A stretch of DNA of 64,000 nt from Octopus sinensis (taxonomy: Eukaryota), in the NCBI RefSeq assembly GCF_006345805.1, contig NC_043006.1:32922001-32986000 (forward strand). Direction: 5' to 3'. A model generated the notes under the pieces. It saw nothing but the letters and a program-made list of their open reading frames with translations, ran no database searches and was not told the DNA's origin. The position numbers and the translations under genes are program-made. This document shows, one piece after another, positions 1 through 14,659 of the stretch; within the stretch, counting starts at the first letter, position 1; the number at the start of each line of letters is the position of its first letter.

Positions 1-1404
1 GGTGTTGCATTGCACCTTTTCCTTGTCTCCAGCAGCTTTGCAAGATTTCATTAAATGTAGCTAGTCTCCCATCTTTTTGGAATTATGACTCTACATCTTC
101 AAAGTCCTCTTCAATACTTCCCATGACAGATTGTTGCAGAAACTTCATATATACGGAACCAGTAACAGTATTGTAAAGAAAAGAATGGCCTAATTTATCA
201 ATATCATGCTAAACTTCACCATATTCTAAATCTAGTAAATTAACTTGATCTTCCTCCTTCATAATATGCGAACTGTTAGGGTCCCAGTACATGCAACTGT
301 AGGGTTGAATCGAACTATTTAATTTAAATGCAGCCGCAACGCTCCAATCAATCTTTGTTGGAAGCTATGCATCCATTAGTATCTTGCCAAGTATCACTCA
401 ATTTTACAATACATCTTTTAAAATCACTAAGCGAGCATTACATTGCCAGGAGCATAATTTTACTTATATATTTTGCAATTTCCCAATGATTTTATATTAT
501 TCATTTTCTACTCCGTTGTCGGGATTTAAAAGGATAATATAATGAGTTGAGTCACTCGCGATATTCGTCACGATTTTGGTTTCAGGCGAATCACTCAGAT
601 TTTCCATTGTCAATCAACTCTCAATGGTTTAATAGTTGCACATATATAAAGGAGTTTTAAGATGATTCTAAACCGACCAATATTTTCCATTGAACATTTC
701 TTGAAATAATTGCAAAGATTATCTTTTAATTCTGTTTATGCTATTAAATATTTAATGTCATTAAATTGAGTTTTAATTAGACCAATGATGCTTTTTTTTT
801 ATCACCGTTCTTCATCTCTTTTTTATTTTAACTCATTTCATTACACAGTCGATGCCTTAAGTGTCGAAGATTTCCTTTAATGCAAAATAAGCAGAAAATC
901 AAATGCAAAACCACCTTCATGCACATTTATAGGAATTCTCTTCTTAAAGGGTTCAAACAAATGTGAAGAGGTCCTTTAACACAACGACTTACTCTTCTGT
1001 AATGGATACAATTATACTTTGAACTGTGCTGCATCAAGAAAACACTTTCACTAAGATGCTTTGTCTTTATCTTGCATTTCCTCCTTGCTTGTTGCCGACC
1101 ATCAGTATGGATTAAACGGATTGTTTTGCAGTATCTTTGTGGTTCATCTAAAATGTCATTTATTGGGAAAAATTGCTGTTCAGAACCAGCGAAAAAATTT
1201 CTTTTGCGGTATTTAGTGATTGGATGAAAATAATTAACAAAAGCTTTTTAATTTAGCACTAGTGCCTTGAGGGCCAGATATCTTCTTGACCACCACATAT
1301 TATTAAGAGAACGAAACGATAAAGTTTTGTATTCTACAATCCTGACTTTCTTTAAATTTATTTGCTTGAACTGGATCGATTTTCATGCCCATCTCACCAG
1401 CAAT

Positions 1405-1770
1405 AACATGAAGAATATGATCGCGAATAAAGCGACCGAAATTAGGTTATTTCGGAGGATTTCTGGTGTAACGTTACTCGACAGGATGCGCACTCGAAGA
1501 TCAAGGAGAGACTCCAGGCCGCGCCGCTGCTTTTCCGCATTAAGAGGTCACAGTTCCGATAACATGCTCATGCGATTTGAACGAGTCAGCAAAAATCTAC
1601 AAGATAGAAGCTTCAGGCCGAGTCAACAGGCAGGAAACACAGAGGGTAGACCAAAACAGAAGATGGTTGGATAACATGCATAGTCTCACTTGGTGTCGCT
1701 TAGAAATCTGGTTGCTTCTGATATGAGCGATCCTTCCAGGAAACGTGATCGGAGAATATGGGTGGATGGT
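1405..1770 (+). mobile_element. Degraded RTE-like LINE 3' end
   Basis: Translates to ATEIRLFRRISGVTLLDRMR...EGRPKQ.W, typical of the C-terminus of RTE-clade ORFs; frameshifted. Confidence 0.6.
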
Positions 1771-2049
1771 TGCTCTACAATTAACTTTAATGACTGTCTT
1801 GAGTAATGTTTTTACTCAGTTCGCTCCTGGAATACTGTTCCGATCATCGATTACTCCAAACTGTTCAGGATGCTTGATACAACATTGTCCAATTAAATTA
1901 GAGACAAGCTGTTTAAGCTGAATCATAAACCCTTTGTTTGTACTTTTCTGACATTAAAGATGCACCATTTCAAGTCAACAACATTAGTTTTTATATAAGT
2001 AAATGAATGGCTGTCGACTTCGTATGGTGTGCCTGCAGCGCATTCATGA

Positions 2050-2700
2050 TACTACAACGAAAGTCTTCTCGATTAGGCGTGAGTTATCCAGCTGCCTCGC
2101 CACTCTTGTCCAACCTACTCATGATATTATCCATTCATTGCGTTCTTTAACTGCCTCTTGATCTATTACCGTCTACTCTTCCTTCCATGACAATGTTTTC
2201 CAGAGCTCTGCTTTTTCGAATATGACCATAAAAAACGAACTCATGATTTTCACAATGTCCAGGAGTTACCGTCTTTGAACTGCCAGCTGTAACAGCGATT
2301 CATTTATCTGATGATCCTTCTAAGAGACTCGTTACATTCTCCTATAAAACCCATATTTCAAACGCATTATGTTCTCTTCAAAATGTTTTCAGACTACATG
2401 CTTCACAAATATAAATGGCTATTTGTTCGCACTTGCTTGGTTTCTAACCTAGTTAAGACATTCTTGCTGCTCCAGATGTTATTAAGTTTTTCCATGAACG
2501 TTCTTATCATATGTGGCTCCATAAGAAATTTGGGCTCCAAAATATTTATGTTATTCAACCTGTTCGAGCATCTCACTGCCGAGTTTGGCGTTAACGTTCA
2601 CTTTCTCTTTTCCTATTACAATGAGTTTTGTTTTCTTATGGTGGAATTGAAGACCGTGCGTATTTGATACCTCCGCGACTCTATCTAGGAGTGGTTGTAT
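2050..2700 (-). mobile_element. Degraded RTE-like LINE fragment
   Basis: Minus strand gives GLQFHHKKTK-like and VMEGRVDGNRSRG-like segments characteristic of the end of RTE RT; many disruptions. Confidence 0.5.
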
Positions 2701-3646
2701 AAGAAATTTTGATTTGTCTGAAATCGACTTTTCATCCAGACGAATTTTTTTCTGTTGTCAAACTGCTGCTTTTTCAGAACAAAAACATACAGGATAGCAT
2801 TTTACTAACAGAAATGTATCAACTTCACCAACGATTAATGTATGATATTTTAATGCTGATTTCCCTGAATGAATGACGCTTTGTATTTATTCTCGCTACT
2901 CAAAGGCATAGTCTTACGGCTAAATATTTAACCATAGCCTCATACATTGCACAGAGTTCAATGAAGCCATGATTTCTATTGCAAGTAATACAGTGTCTAT
3001 GAAAATCTTTACTTTATTTACCTTGGGGGATTTTTTCCTTCATATGCATCACCTTTGTATAAAATTCCATCAAAAACTTCTTTTAATGGTGGAATAATTC
3101 AGTTTACGCACATTTTGGTAACAAAAATATGTCGATTATGGTTGATGCATATTAAGCTAATTTAATTCCTTCCTTTCAATGTTTCTTTCTTTCTTTTGTC
3201 TTTTTTCTTGCCTTTTCTTTTTTTGCTCGTAATTTATTCATTTGTTGTTTCTCATCATATTTTACATATGAAACTTAAATTTCGTGGTATTTGAAGGTTT
3301 ATCTAACTTAAATTGCTGTAGAGATTGTTAGATGTTAGTGTTGCTGCTTCAAACTTTGTGCTACGCCAATCGTTTTAAATTGAAAAGAGGAGATTTTTGG
3401 TACATTTGTAACATCCACTCCACCATCTTTTTTTACATTGCCACAATTGTAGCACCTTCAGTTTAATAGTACATCAATTACTACTTTCTCTGTTTTGGAA
3501 AGAAAAATACATTAAGTGATATGTATCATAAATATTAAAAATATTGTGTTTATTCACCATTTCAACATGTTATTCAAATTAGAACACTAATAACGTTTAT
3601 TCTTTGAGGAAGATTTTATTAACGTCAATATAATTGCAAACAGTAT

Positions 3647-4305
3647 GGCGACGAGCTGGTAGAATCGTTCGCACATGGAGCAAGACAGCTTTGTAGGATT
3701 TCATCAGTTTTAATCTTTTGAGTTTCATCTCTTTTTTACACTAGGCACAATACCGAAAATTTTGGGGAAGGGGGCAGTCGATTAGGTCGACCCCCAATAC
3801 GCAACTGATACTTAATTTATCGACCCCAAAAGGATGGACTGCAAAGTTGACATCGGCAGAATTTGAACTCAGAATGTACCGGCAGACGAAATACTGCTAA
3901 GCATTTCGCCCAGCGTGGTAACGTTTCTGCCAGCACGCCGCCTTATATTTCAAAAAACTATTCTTCTCTACTCTTGGGACAAGGCACGAAATTTTGGGAG
4001 AGGGGGCCAGTTGATTAGGTCGACCCCAGTACACAACTGGTGCTTAATTTATCGACCCAGAAAAGATGAAAGGCAATGTCAACCTCGGCGGAATTTGAAC
4101 TCAGAACATAAACACAGACAAAATACTGCTACGCATTTCGCCCAGCGTGCTAACATTTCTGCCAGCTAGCCGCCTTTGAGTTCAATCTCTGCCCTGGTCG
4201 ACTTTGCCTTTCATCCTTTTAAGGAACCAGCTGAGTACTGGGGTCGATGTAATCAGCTTACCCCTTGCTCCTAAACTGCTGGCTTTGGGCCAAAATTTCG
4301 AACCA
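3647..4305. mobile_element. SINE family A cluster: a + copy (3647-3725 and 4177-4305) split by two nested minus-strand copies (about 3736-3945 and 3964-4176)
   Basis: Head GGCGA(C)GAGCTGGTAGAATCGTT, body GAGTT..., GTCGACTTTGCCTTTCATCC and GGGGTCGAT; the reverse complement occurs twice in between. Confidence 0.8.
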
Positions 4306-4339
4306 ATATAATTGCAAACATTTTATTAATTACTGTAGA

Positions 4340-4402
4340 CGCAGGTGTGGCTGTGTGATAAGAAGCTTGCTTCCCAACCACATTGTTCCGGGTTCAGTTC
4401 GT
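4340..4402 (+). mobile_element. SINE family B head fragment
   Basis: GTGGCTGTGTGATAAGAAGCTTGCTTCCCAACCAC...GGGTTCAGT matches the heads at 36132 and 43225. Confidence 0.7.
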
Positions 4403-4647
4403 CTACATGTATTTACATGTATAAATATACATCATACATGTGTGTATCTGTATCATTATATAAATATCTTGTACGAACGATCAAGCAGGACCAAAATCCA
4501 AAGAAGACTACATTCGTGTTTTATACTATAAATCAATAATTTTCCAGATTTCCAGGTTTATTGAATTAGTCTTTGACTTGATTCCATTAATACCGATGAC
4601 TTGTCGGATAGAGAAGGTCAGGAAACTACACAAGCAGCACACACAGT

Positions 4648-4679
<32 letters not shown>

Positions 4680-4758
4680 TATTTACACATTCATAAATAT
4701 CCATACAATTATACAGATATATAGATACTTACATGTACACACGCAAATACAAACACAC

Positions 4759-4800
<42 letters not shown>

Positions 4801-4851
4801 AGTACATTTATGTAAATATTTATGCACAAACTTATACATATCGAATCACGT

Positions 4852-4897
<46 letters not shown>

Positions 4898-5184
4898 GAA
4901 GCAATGATATAACTAGAAAATGATATGAGCACCAAAATGTTGATGCATAAATAAATACATCTTTATTAAAACCACGTAGTCTCTATGTACATTTATATAC
5001 AGAATTTTATATAATTTCTTTATAGCATTAACAGCCAATACAATTACTGTTAGATACCATACACGCAGTAATTCATTCATAAAATCAGGTAAAAGTATAT
5101 AGGACATCACTTTCCGTATATAACTTTAAAACATTCAGATAGACAGTCATTGTAGATTTCAGCAAATATTAAAATATCATCATG

Positions 5185-5187
5185 ATG

Positions 5188-5286
<99 letters not shown>

Positions 5287-5393
5287 ATAACAATAATAAT
5301 GAAATATGATAATAATAATAATAATGAAATATGATAATAATAATAACAATAATAACAATAATAATAATAATAATAATAACAACAACAACAACA

Positions 5394-5455
<62 letters not shown>
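5185..5455. repeat. Compound (AAT)n/(ATT)n/(AAC)n microsatellite with strand switches
   Basis: Seen directly; (AAT)n switches to (ATT)n near 5232. Confidence 0.95.
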
Positions 5456-5456
<1 letters not shown>

Positions 5457-6165
5457 GTCCAAACCTGCCCTCAAACTGTGGAAAACGTTTTCCGTTTCAC
5501 TTGCTTACTTTTCAAAGTTATACATGATGGCTTTAATGAATGAGGCAATGAAATTACAATTTGACTACAATTAAGCCCCTAATAAAATCATTTAGATGCT
5601 CGTTAATTAACGAGTTTTGATTTTGCGTTATAGATTTTAACGGAGTTCACATTTCGGAGGCCTTTGTGCGGTTACGTTTGAGGGAATTATATAACGTGTG
5701 TATATGTGTGCTGCGTTTGCAGATCAACGAGATTGTTACGGTGGAGATTTAAGCCCTAACGCACCGCTCATTCCTGTTGCATGTTGATATCTATCGGTGG
5801 GTGGATAATTGGTCCTTACAGCTTCTGTTCTAATTTGTATTTACCGAAAAGAAGGATAAAAGACTAAGTTAATCTCGGAAACTAAACTTCAGCCGCAAAG
5901 AAATGAATAAAATTGTGTTACAAATTCTGGTTGACACATCTGCGATTTTACAAAACAAATTCTTTATAAAACATTTTGTCTGGTCTCTGAATTAAATGTC
6001 AAATGCTAACGGCTTCAATAATTAATAAATAAAAAGAAATAGGAAAATTTGTCTGAAGGAAAAAGATTTTGATCGTTAATATATGTTTAGTGTATTAACA
6101 TTTAGATGTTTCGCATTGAATAAAATTAAATATTTTTTGCCATCATGTTAATGTTTTTTTTTTTA

Positions 6166-7744
<1,579 letters not shown>

Positions 7745-7745
<1 letters not shown>

Positions 7746-8044
7746 CAACTTATAAACAAGGGCTAAAGAAAATTATTTCAATGACATTATGCTGATAACA
7801 GACTTTTAAATCGTCAACTTCCACATATTATTTACTCGCTACAGAAAATACGTAGAGCTGAAATTGATTCAATATAGAAATAACGAACTTTAAAAAAAAA
7901 AAATCATGTTGGCTAGCTTTCCTCGATTCAGCTCTACGTATTTTCTGTAGCGAATAAATAATATGTGAAAATTGACGCTTTAAAAGTCTGTTATTAGCAT
8001 ATTGGCACTGAAATAATTTTCTTTAGCCCTTGCTTATAAGTTGT
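7745..8044. repeat. Foldback with inverted arms of about 118 bp, next to (TA)n
   Basis: ACAACTTATAAACAAGGGCTAAAGAAAATTATTTCA...GCTACAGAAAATACGTAGAGCTGAA (7745-7862) and its reverse complement (7927-8044). Confidence 0.9.
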
Positions 8045-8135
8045 TTATAATTTTAACCGTAAAGGTATTTTAATATGCTGCCACATTTTTTGATGAAGAT
8101 TTTTTTTTCTGTAAAAATAACTTCATCCTATATAA

Positions 8136-8202
<67 letters not shown>

Positions 8203-8243
8203 TCATAAAAATGATATATATATATATAATATATATATATATA

Positions 8244-10253
8244 TAAATTCATAAAAGTCAAATTATAAATGAAACCATTAAAAAATCACCAAAGACATAC
8301 ATACACACACCTAATCCGGGGGACCTAAAACTACGACCCATTGTAGCTGGCCCAACCTGTGAAACACACAGACTAAGTCTACTTATGGACATCCTCTTGA
8401 AACCCTTCCTTAAACATATCGATAGCCATATCAGAGATGACTTAGATATGTTAAACCACCTCCCAAAAAAAACCAAGGAAGAAACAATCCTGGTTTCATT
8501 TGATGTAGTCAACTTGTATACCAGTATTCCTCATAATTATGGACTGGAGGCAATACAATTCTGGTTAGACCAATTTCCGGAAGAAATACCAAAAAGGATC
8601 AGTAAGGAATTCATTACTAAATCAATTGAATTCATCCTACACAATAACCACTTCATGTTTGACAATACATTTTACCGTCAAAAATCCGGAATTGCTATGG
8701 GTACAAGGGCAGCACCAGTCATTGCGAACTTAACAATGGGATACATGGAAATAATCATTTACCAGGAATCTCTATCAATCTTTGGAAACTCCCTCTCTCA
8801 ATACATAAAAGAGAATTGGAAACGATTCCTAGACGATTGTTTCATTCTCTGGAATGAAAACATAGATAAACTCCTAAAATTTAAAAACCTATTGAACAGC
8901 ATAAACCCAAATATACAGTTCACAATGGAATACAACCAAAAGGAGCTCCCGTTCTTGGATATACTAATTAAAAAATTAACCTTAAAATAGAAACAGACAT
9001 TTTTTACAAAGCCACAGACGCCAAACAATACCTTCTTTTTAATTCATGCCACCCAAGACACACTAAAACAAACATCCCCTTCAACCTTGCAAGAAGGATA
9101 TGCACAATAGTGTCAGAACAAAATACCAGGAACTTTAGACTGCAAGTACTCAAAAACACCCTAATTGACAGACATTACCCAGCTCAACTCATAGAGGATG
9201 GGATCAGACGTGCAACAGAAATCAACAAAGAAACTTTAAGAAAAGTTCAACACAACAACACACCTTCCCCGAAAATACTACCTTACATATCTACATACAA
9301 CCCCAGAAACAAAGAAGCCTTCACCATCATCACCCAGAATTTACCAATACTTCATAAAAACCCAAAATTAAAGGAAATTCTAAACATACACCAAATCATT
9401 AAAAGCTACAAACAGCCTAAATCACTTAAAAAGATTCTCACAAAGGCAAAATTGTCTTCTAAAATTACGGATGCAAAAGTAAAAAAATGTGGTAGATCGA
9501 ACTGTGCAACATGTCCTAACCTATTGGAAGGATCAGAATTCTTCTTTAAAGAGGGACAGAAATTTAAGATCAAATCTAACTTTACTTGTGCCTCTGAAAA
9601 CATAATTTATGTTATTAAATGCTCGGGCTGCCACCAAGACTACGTGGGTTCCACGGGACTATCACTCAGGCGCAGATGCACACTGCATCGACAACAGATT
9701 GCATTCCCAGAATATAGAATGATACCTTTTAGTGAGCACATTGAGAAATGCGCAAAGCAACTACTGCCACAATTTTTAATCTTCCCATTTTACCAATGTG
9801 CTTTCGGATCATCAACACAAATGAGACTGAACAAGGAAACATTCTTCATTGAAAAGTACAAACCCAGACTCAACCATCCGAACATACTGACACAGAGAAA
9901 TTAACAAGGAAAAAGGAAAAAATTTTTAAGCGATTATCTCCCCTACACCGGAAAAAATCACTCACTACCTCCCCTTATTTAGAAATCTCCTGGAAATAAA
10001 AACAACGATAATTCCATGCAATATAAACATAACGTCACAAGAAATTTGAAAAGCTACACGCGAAACCGGTAATTTCTTTAAAAATATTTAAAATTATGTT
10101 ATTTTAAGGAAAGGAAAAAAATTTTTCCAATATTCTCCAGACATTTTGACACAAATATATATATTTTTTAACATTTAAGCCTTCTGTCGTTTTTTCACAC
10201 TTTACTATTTTCTTATATATTCACCCACATGCTTTACCAAACAAACTTTCCTA

Positions 10254-10255
<2 letters not shown>
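8244..10255 (+). mobile_element. Penelope-like retroelement (Neptune-type), 5'-truncated: RT, Zn-finger linker, GIY-YIG endonuclease and 3' tail; one frameshift near 8975
   Basis: KIHK...LRPIVAG, VSFDVVNLYTSIP, QKSGIAMGT, WKRFLDDCF, LPFLDI, CGRSNCATC, IIYVIKCSGCHQDYVGST; stop at 9904; (TA)n on both sides. Confidence 0.95.
10039..10078 (+). ncRNA. Minimal type I hammerhead ribozyme with U3-A8 core in the PLE tail
   Basis: AAGAAAT-TTGAAAA-GC(TACAC)GC-GAAA-CCGG-TA-ATTTCTT: perfect 7-bp stem I, 2-bp stem II, palindromic stem III (ACCGGT), GUA triplet. Confidence 0.8.
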
Positions 10256-10286
<31 letters not shown>

Positions 10287-10872
10287 TTGTTTCAGTCATT
10301 CGACGGTGGCCATGCACATAGATCCAACCCAATTCATTATTACTTTATCTAATTCGAATTCAACCGTTAAAAAGGAACCAATTCACGTTTCCCAAACTTC
10401 CTGACATGTAATGACATCAAATTATTCATTTATTCAACTCATAACAAGCATTTTCTGTAGGTTGTTCTAGAGTGAGATTTCCCAAGACAGTCTAACTGAA
10501 GTTCCTACAGCAAATTATCATTTCTGTGTATTCCACCTTCTTTGGTACCATATATCCATTATTTTAAAACCCTTCTTTCATTTCGGTTTTACCACCAAGG
10601 GTGTAGAGAAAATGCTTTCTACTAATTTAGAGAAATTGTCTGCTTTATGGTTGCCAATTGATATATTGACATCTTCAACAAAGAACAAGCGTAAATTGCA
10701 ATACTTTCCAATGAATCTAAGAAATTATGATCTTTTATAAGCTCCATCATATGGTGACCCTTTATCAGAATTTCCTTTTCAATCTTGTGACTTTACTGCA
10801 TAAATAATCCAAGCAGACATCTACATGGTGTAACATATAAAGAAGCATGATACGTATTATTGTTATCTGATA

Positions 10873-11258
10873 TTTTTTATCTTTCAATCATTAGACTGCG
10901 GCCATGCTGGGGCAACGCCTAAAAGAATATTAAGTCGAATAAATCGACCCCATTACTTAATTTTTAGATTAGTAGTTAGTTATTCTATCGGTTCCTTTTG
11001 CCGAAACGCTAATGTTACGGGGATGTAAACACACCAACACCGGCTGTCAAGCGGTGGTGGGTACAAACTAAGACACACACACACATACATGTGTGTGTGA
11101 CGGGCATCTTTCAGTCTCCGTCTATCAAATCCACCTACAACGCTTAGGTTGGCCCAAGACTATTGTAGAAGACACCCAACGTTCCACGCGGTAGAACTGA
11201 ACACGTAAAACCACGTAGTTGGGAAGCAATCTTCTTACCACACAGCCATATCTGCCCC
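10873..11258 (-). mobile_element. SINE family B (tRNA-like head, internal microsatellite)
   Basis: Reverse complement of the 36132-36697 family (GCGGCCATGCTGG, TTGCCGAA, CTTACCACACAGCC). Confidence 0.8.
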
Positions 11259-11866
11259 TATAGGGTAAATTATTTTGTCATCTGAATTTTCATTATAAAT
11301 AACTTTTACTCCAACATCTTTTCTTGAAGAATCTCGCTATTCTTATCCATTGACAATTGTAACCTTTGTTGTCCCAAATACCTCAGAAACCCAATAATAT
11401 TAGAAAAGTATTAGGGTAATCACAGAGTAAGTTCACTGTTTTTAAACGTTTATATATTTAAAAGCAATACATTGATACAACCTCTTCTAGGCTACAAGAA
11501 TTTTCTCGTGCTTTCCAGATTTATATTATATTTGTCGCTGTTCTGGAGGTAGACACGTTTTAAACTTTATTTGGAAGTATCAATGATAAGGTGTCAGGAT
11601 TTTGGCATGCATTATCCACAAAACTATCTTCAGAAAGTTTCTAGCATTGTTATAGAGCACTAGATTGTTGACTTTATATAAAAGAGGAAGGGCAAATGTT
11701 TATCTTCTACGACAAAGTTAACGGTTCAGAAATCTCCTTTGAGCCATCAAATACCTAATGAGGCCTCACATTTCATGTTGCTAATAACATTGAGCAAGTT
11801 TTTCCTCTCCTGAAACATCTCTGTCATTTTCCACGATTTTGTTAGGTTCGACGTCATCACTAACTA

Positions 11867-11867
<1 letters not shown>

Positions 11868-11908
<41 letters not shown>

Positions 11909-12110
11909 GTCAACATCATCATCATCAACATCATCATCATCAACATCGTCAACATCATTATCATCATCATCATCATCATCATCAATATCATCATCATCAT
12001 CATCAATATCATCATCATCATCATCATCATCATCATATCATCATCATCATCATCATCATCAACAACAACGACAACAACAACAACAACATCGTCATCATCA
12101 TCAACATCAA
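11868..12110. repeat. (CAT)n/(CAA)n compound microsatellite
   Basis: Seen directly. Confidence 0.95.
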
Positions 12111-14127
12111 CAGCCACAGCAGCAACATTTACGAGTTCAAACAGTTGGTAGAAGTATGGAACAGCTACTACGTTTCTGACGGAAATATCTTCATTCTGTA
12201 TATGTGCAATTGCTTTCATTATTTCGATTGTCGCCCCTGATGTAGCAAGTACAAAAATCAAAGGCATCAATAATGACATTTTCCCCCTCCAAACAGTTTA
12301 TAGATATATCCTTTCCATCACACCATTGCTACAAAAGCTCAGTGTAACATTATCACGCACTGTGGGGTAATCATTAACTACCATGGTCTCCAAGGTATAC
12401 TTAATTGTAAAGATGCCCAATGTAAAAAGGCCTCTATATAGTTCTCGTATATTTATATTCCCCGAGTGAATTCCATAACGACTTTTGAATATCAAAAAAT
12501 GGATAATTTACATACTGTATATGAGACTATGGCCAAAAATAAGAGTACGGTTTAAGTTTAGAATATTATAATAAATATGAAATTGTGTCTGATATATTGT
12601 TCTAACATTGACATAATGAAGTTTGCCTCTGCCAATTCTAGCTATGGACTATGATCTACACTTCGCTAGGTTACCTGGTGCAAATAACTCAGTCATATGG
12701 GAACAGAATTAACGCCTTCATTTTTGGACTAATATATTTGGAGGGAAAAGTATTTACTGAAATTTGGCTTTCACTATATTTTTTACTCAAAAACATTTTC
12801 TTAATTTAATCAATTTATAACTCACAAACAATAAAGAAATAATGAAAAATGAATAAAAATGAAGAACAAAGAAAATAATTTTAATTGAATTATTTTATTG
12901 CTTTAAATAAATTTTCAGTAAAACTAACAAAACAATAAATCCACTGTTAAAATCATCTTTGTCGCCAAATTGACGCAGATTTCGAATTGAAATATATGCC
13001 CAACGGCGGATTCGTTTTGAAATATCTCTTTTGAAAACTGCTAAACTTGATCAATATGCAAATTAATGCAGTGTACAGTACAACTGTTAAATAGGTAACG
13101 TCTCAAATGTTGAATATATTTCAAAAATTCAATTTTTATTATTTAGAGCGACGGACAATGAAATATAGAGATAACAGTCTTCCCATTTTAGATATATATC
13201 ATGACAAGAACATCAGATCGAATGAGAAGATATTCAAATTAAATGTACGTGCGATTGAGGTCCCTAATTCCGGTTTAACAACTGTTTCCATTAGAATATT
13301 GAGTGTTACTCTGTGCATGAACTGAAAACTGCACAACTTTTGGAATAGCTAACATATTTAACTTTCAAGACACTAAATTTTCTTTTTTTTTCAATTTTAT
13401 TGCCTTACGCTGTGTACCAATTATCTCAGGCTTAGATAGAAAAAACGTTCATATATGTCGTGCGTCAATAAAATATGTGTGCACATGTAAGTTTAACACT
13501 ATAATCTCTTAGATGTGGGGAAAGACATAGGAATTCTAATGTAACTAACTCCCAATTACTTGACGTTAGTAAGTAAAATTAATATCCTTGGACACTGGAT
13601 CTGCGTTGCATAATTGAACGGTTGTACGTATTAGTAACATGGACATCTTCAGTAAATTCTTACGGATCTGTTTGCCTGAAAAGTCTTTAGTTATCATTAA
13701 TCCCATTTATTTGAATTTGAGAAACTGTAATATACCCAACAGCACAAGTAATTGACGGTTTGATTTATCGGATAAGATATTTGCTTAACTGCCTGCGGTT
13801 ATATAAATTTGTAAACTTAATTCTGTAAACCATAATGATTGCGATAAGAAAGTCCAAGATAATATTCCTTGCAGCAAAGTGAATCTAGAAATAAGAGCGT
13901 ATGTTAACTACCATACACAATATATCTGTCCTACAGACAAGAAAATCACTGAGATATACTTTATATATATTGAAATTATTCACGAAATCCTCCATCTGAA
14001 TATACTGGAAGGAAATATAAACACCTACATGGATGTATGTAAACACGAACGTTGTAATTTGTTTGACTTGCATAACCCAAAAATCCGCACAAATAGTAAT
14101 GGGTTTGTGCTTATATAATTGCGTAGA

Positions 14128-14185
<58 letters not shown>

Positions 14186-14659
14186 TCTGCCTTGAAAATT
14201 AAGAGAAGAAAATGCCTACCGACCTTTATCATGAAAAGCAAAAGAGGCCAACGCTACTTGAATGAAGGATGACTTAGAACAGTGAGACCACGTTATATGA
14301 AATATTCGCTGCCAACAAGTATATGAAACGTTTATTTCTATCATCAGTTGTCTGACACATGTCATTATGGCTTCTTCATTTGATCAGTACCATTCGATGT
14401 GATGTTGGGACATTACCATTCAATAATACATAAATGTTGGCTGAATATTTGTAGATAAAAAGCAGGATCGAAATATTAGCGAAATATATCAATTAATTCC
14501 ATCAAAATTTGCGAATACAAACATCAAATATCGAACATAAATCGTATTTTACCAATATTTTACCCAAGCGCACACACATTAAAACTATAAACTTTAAGAC
14601 AAAGAAACATCTCCAAAAAGGACACTGCTACCTCAAACATTATAGAATTTAAAATGCAA

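Noticed and set aside
11860-12279. Minus-strand ORF with a signal-peptide-like start (MSLLMPLIFVLATSGA)
   Set aside because: Runs into poly-D/V/M microsatellite translation; no other support.
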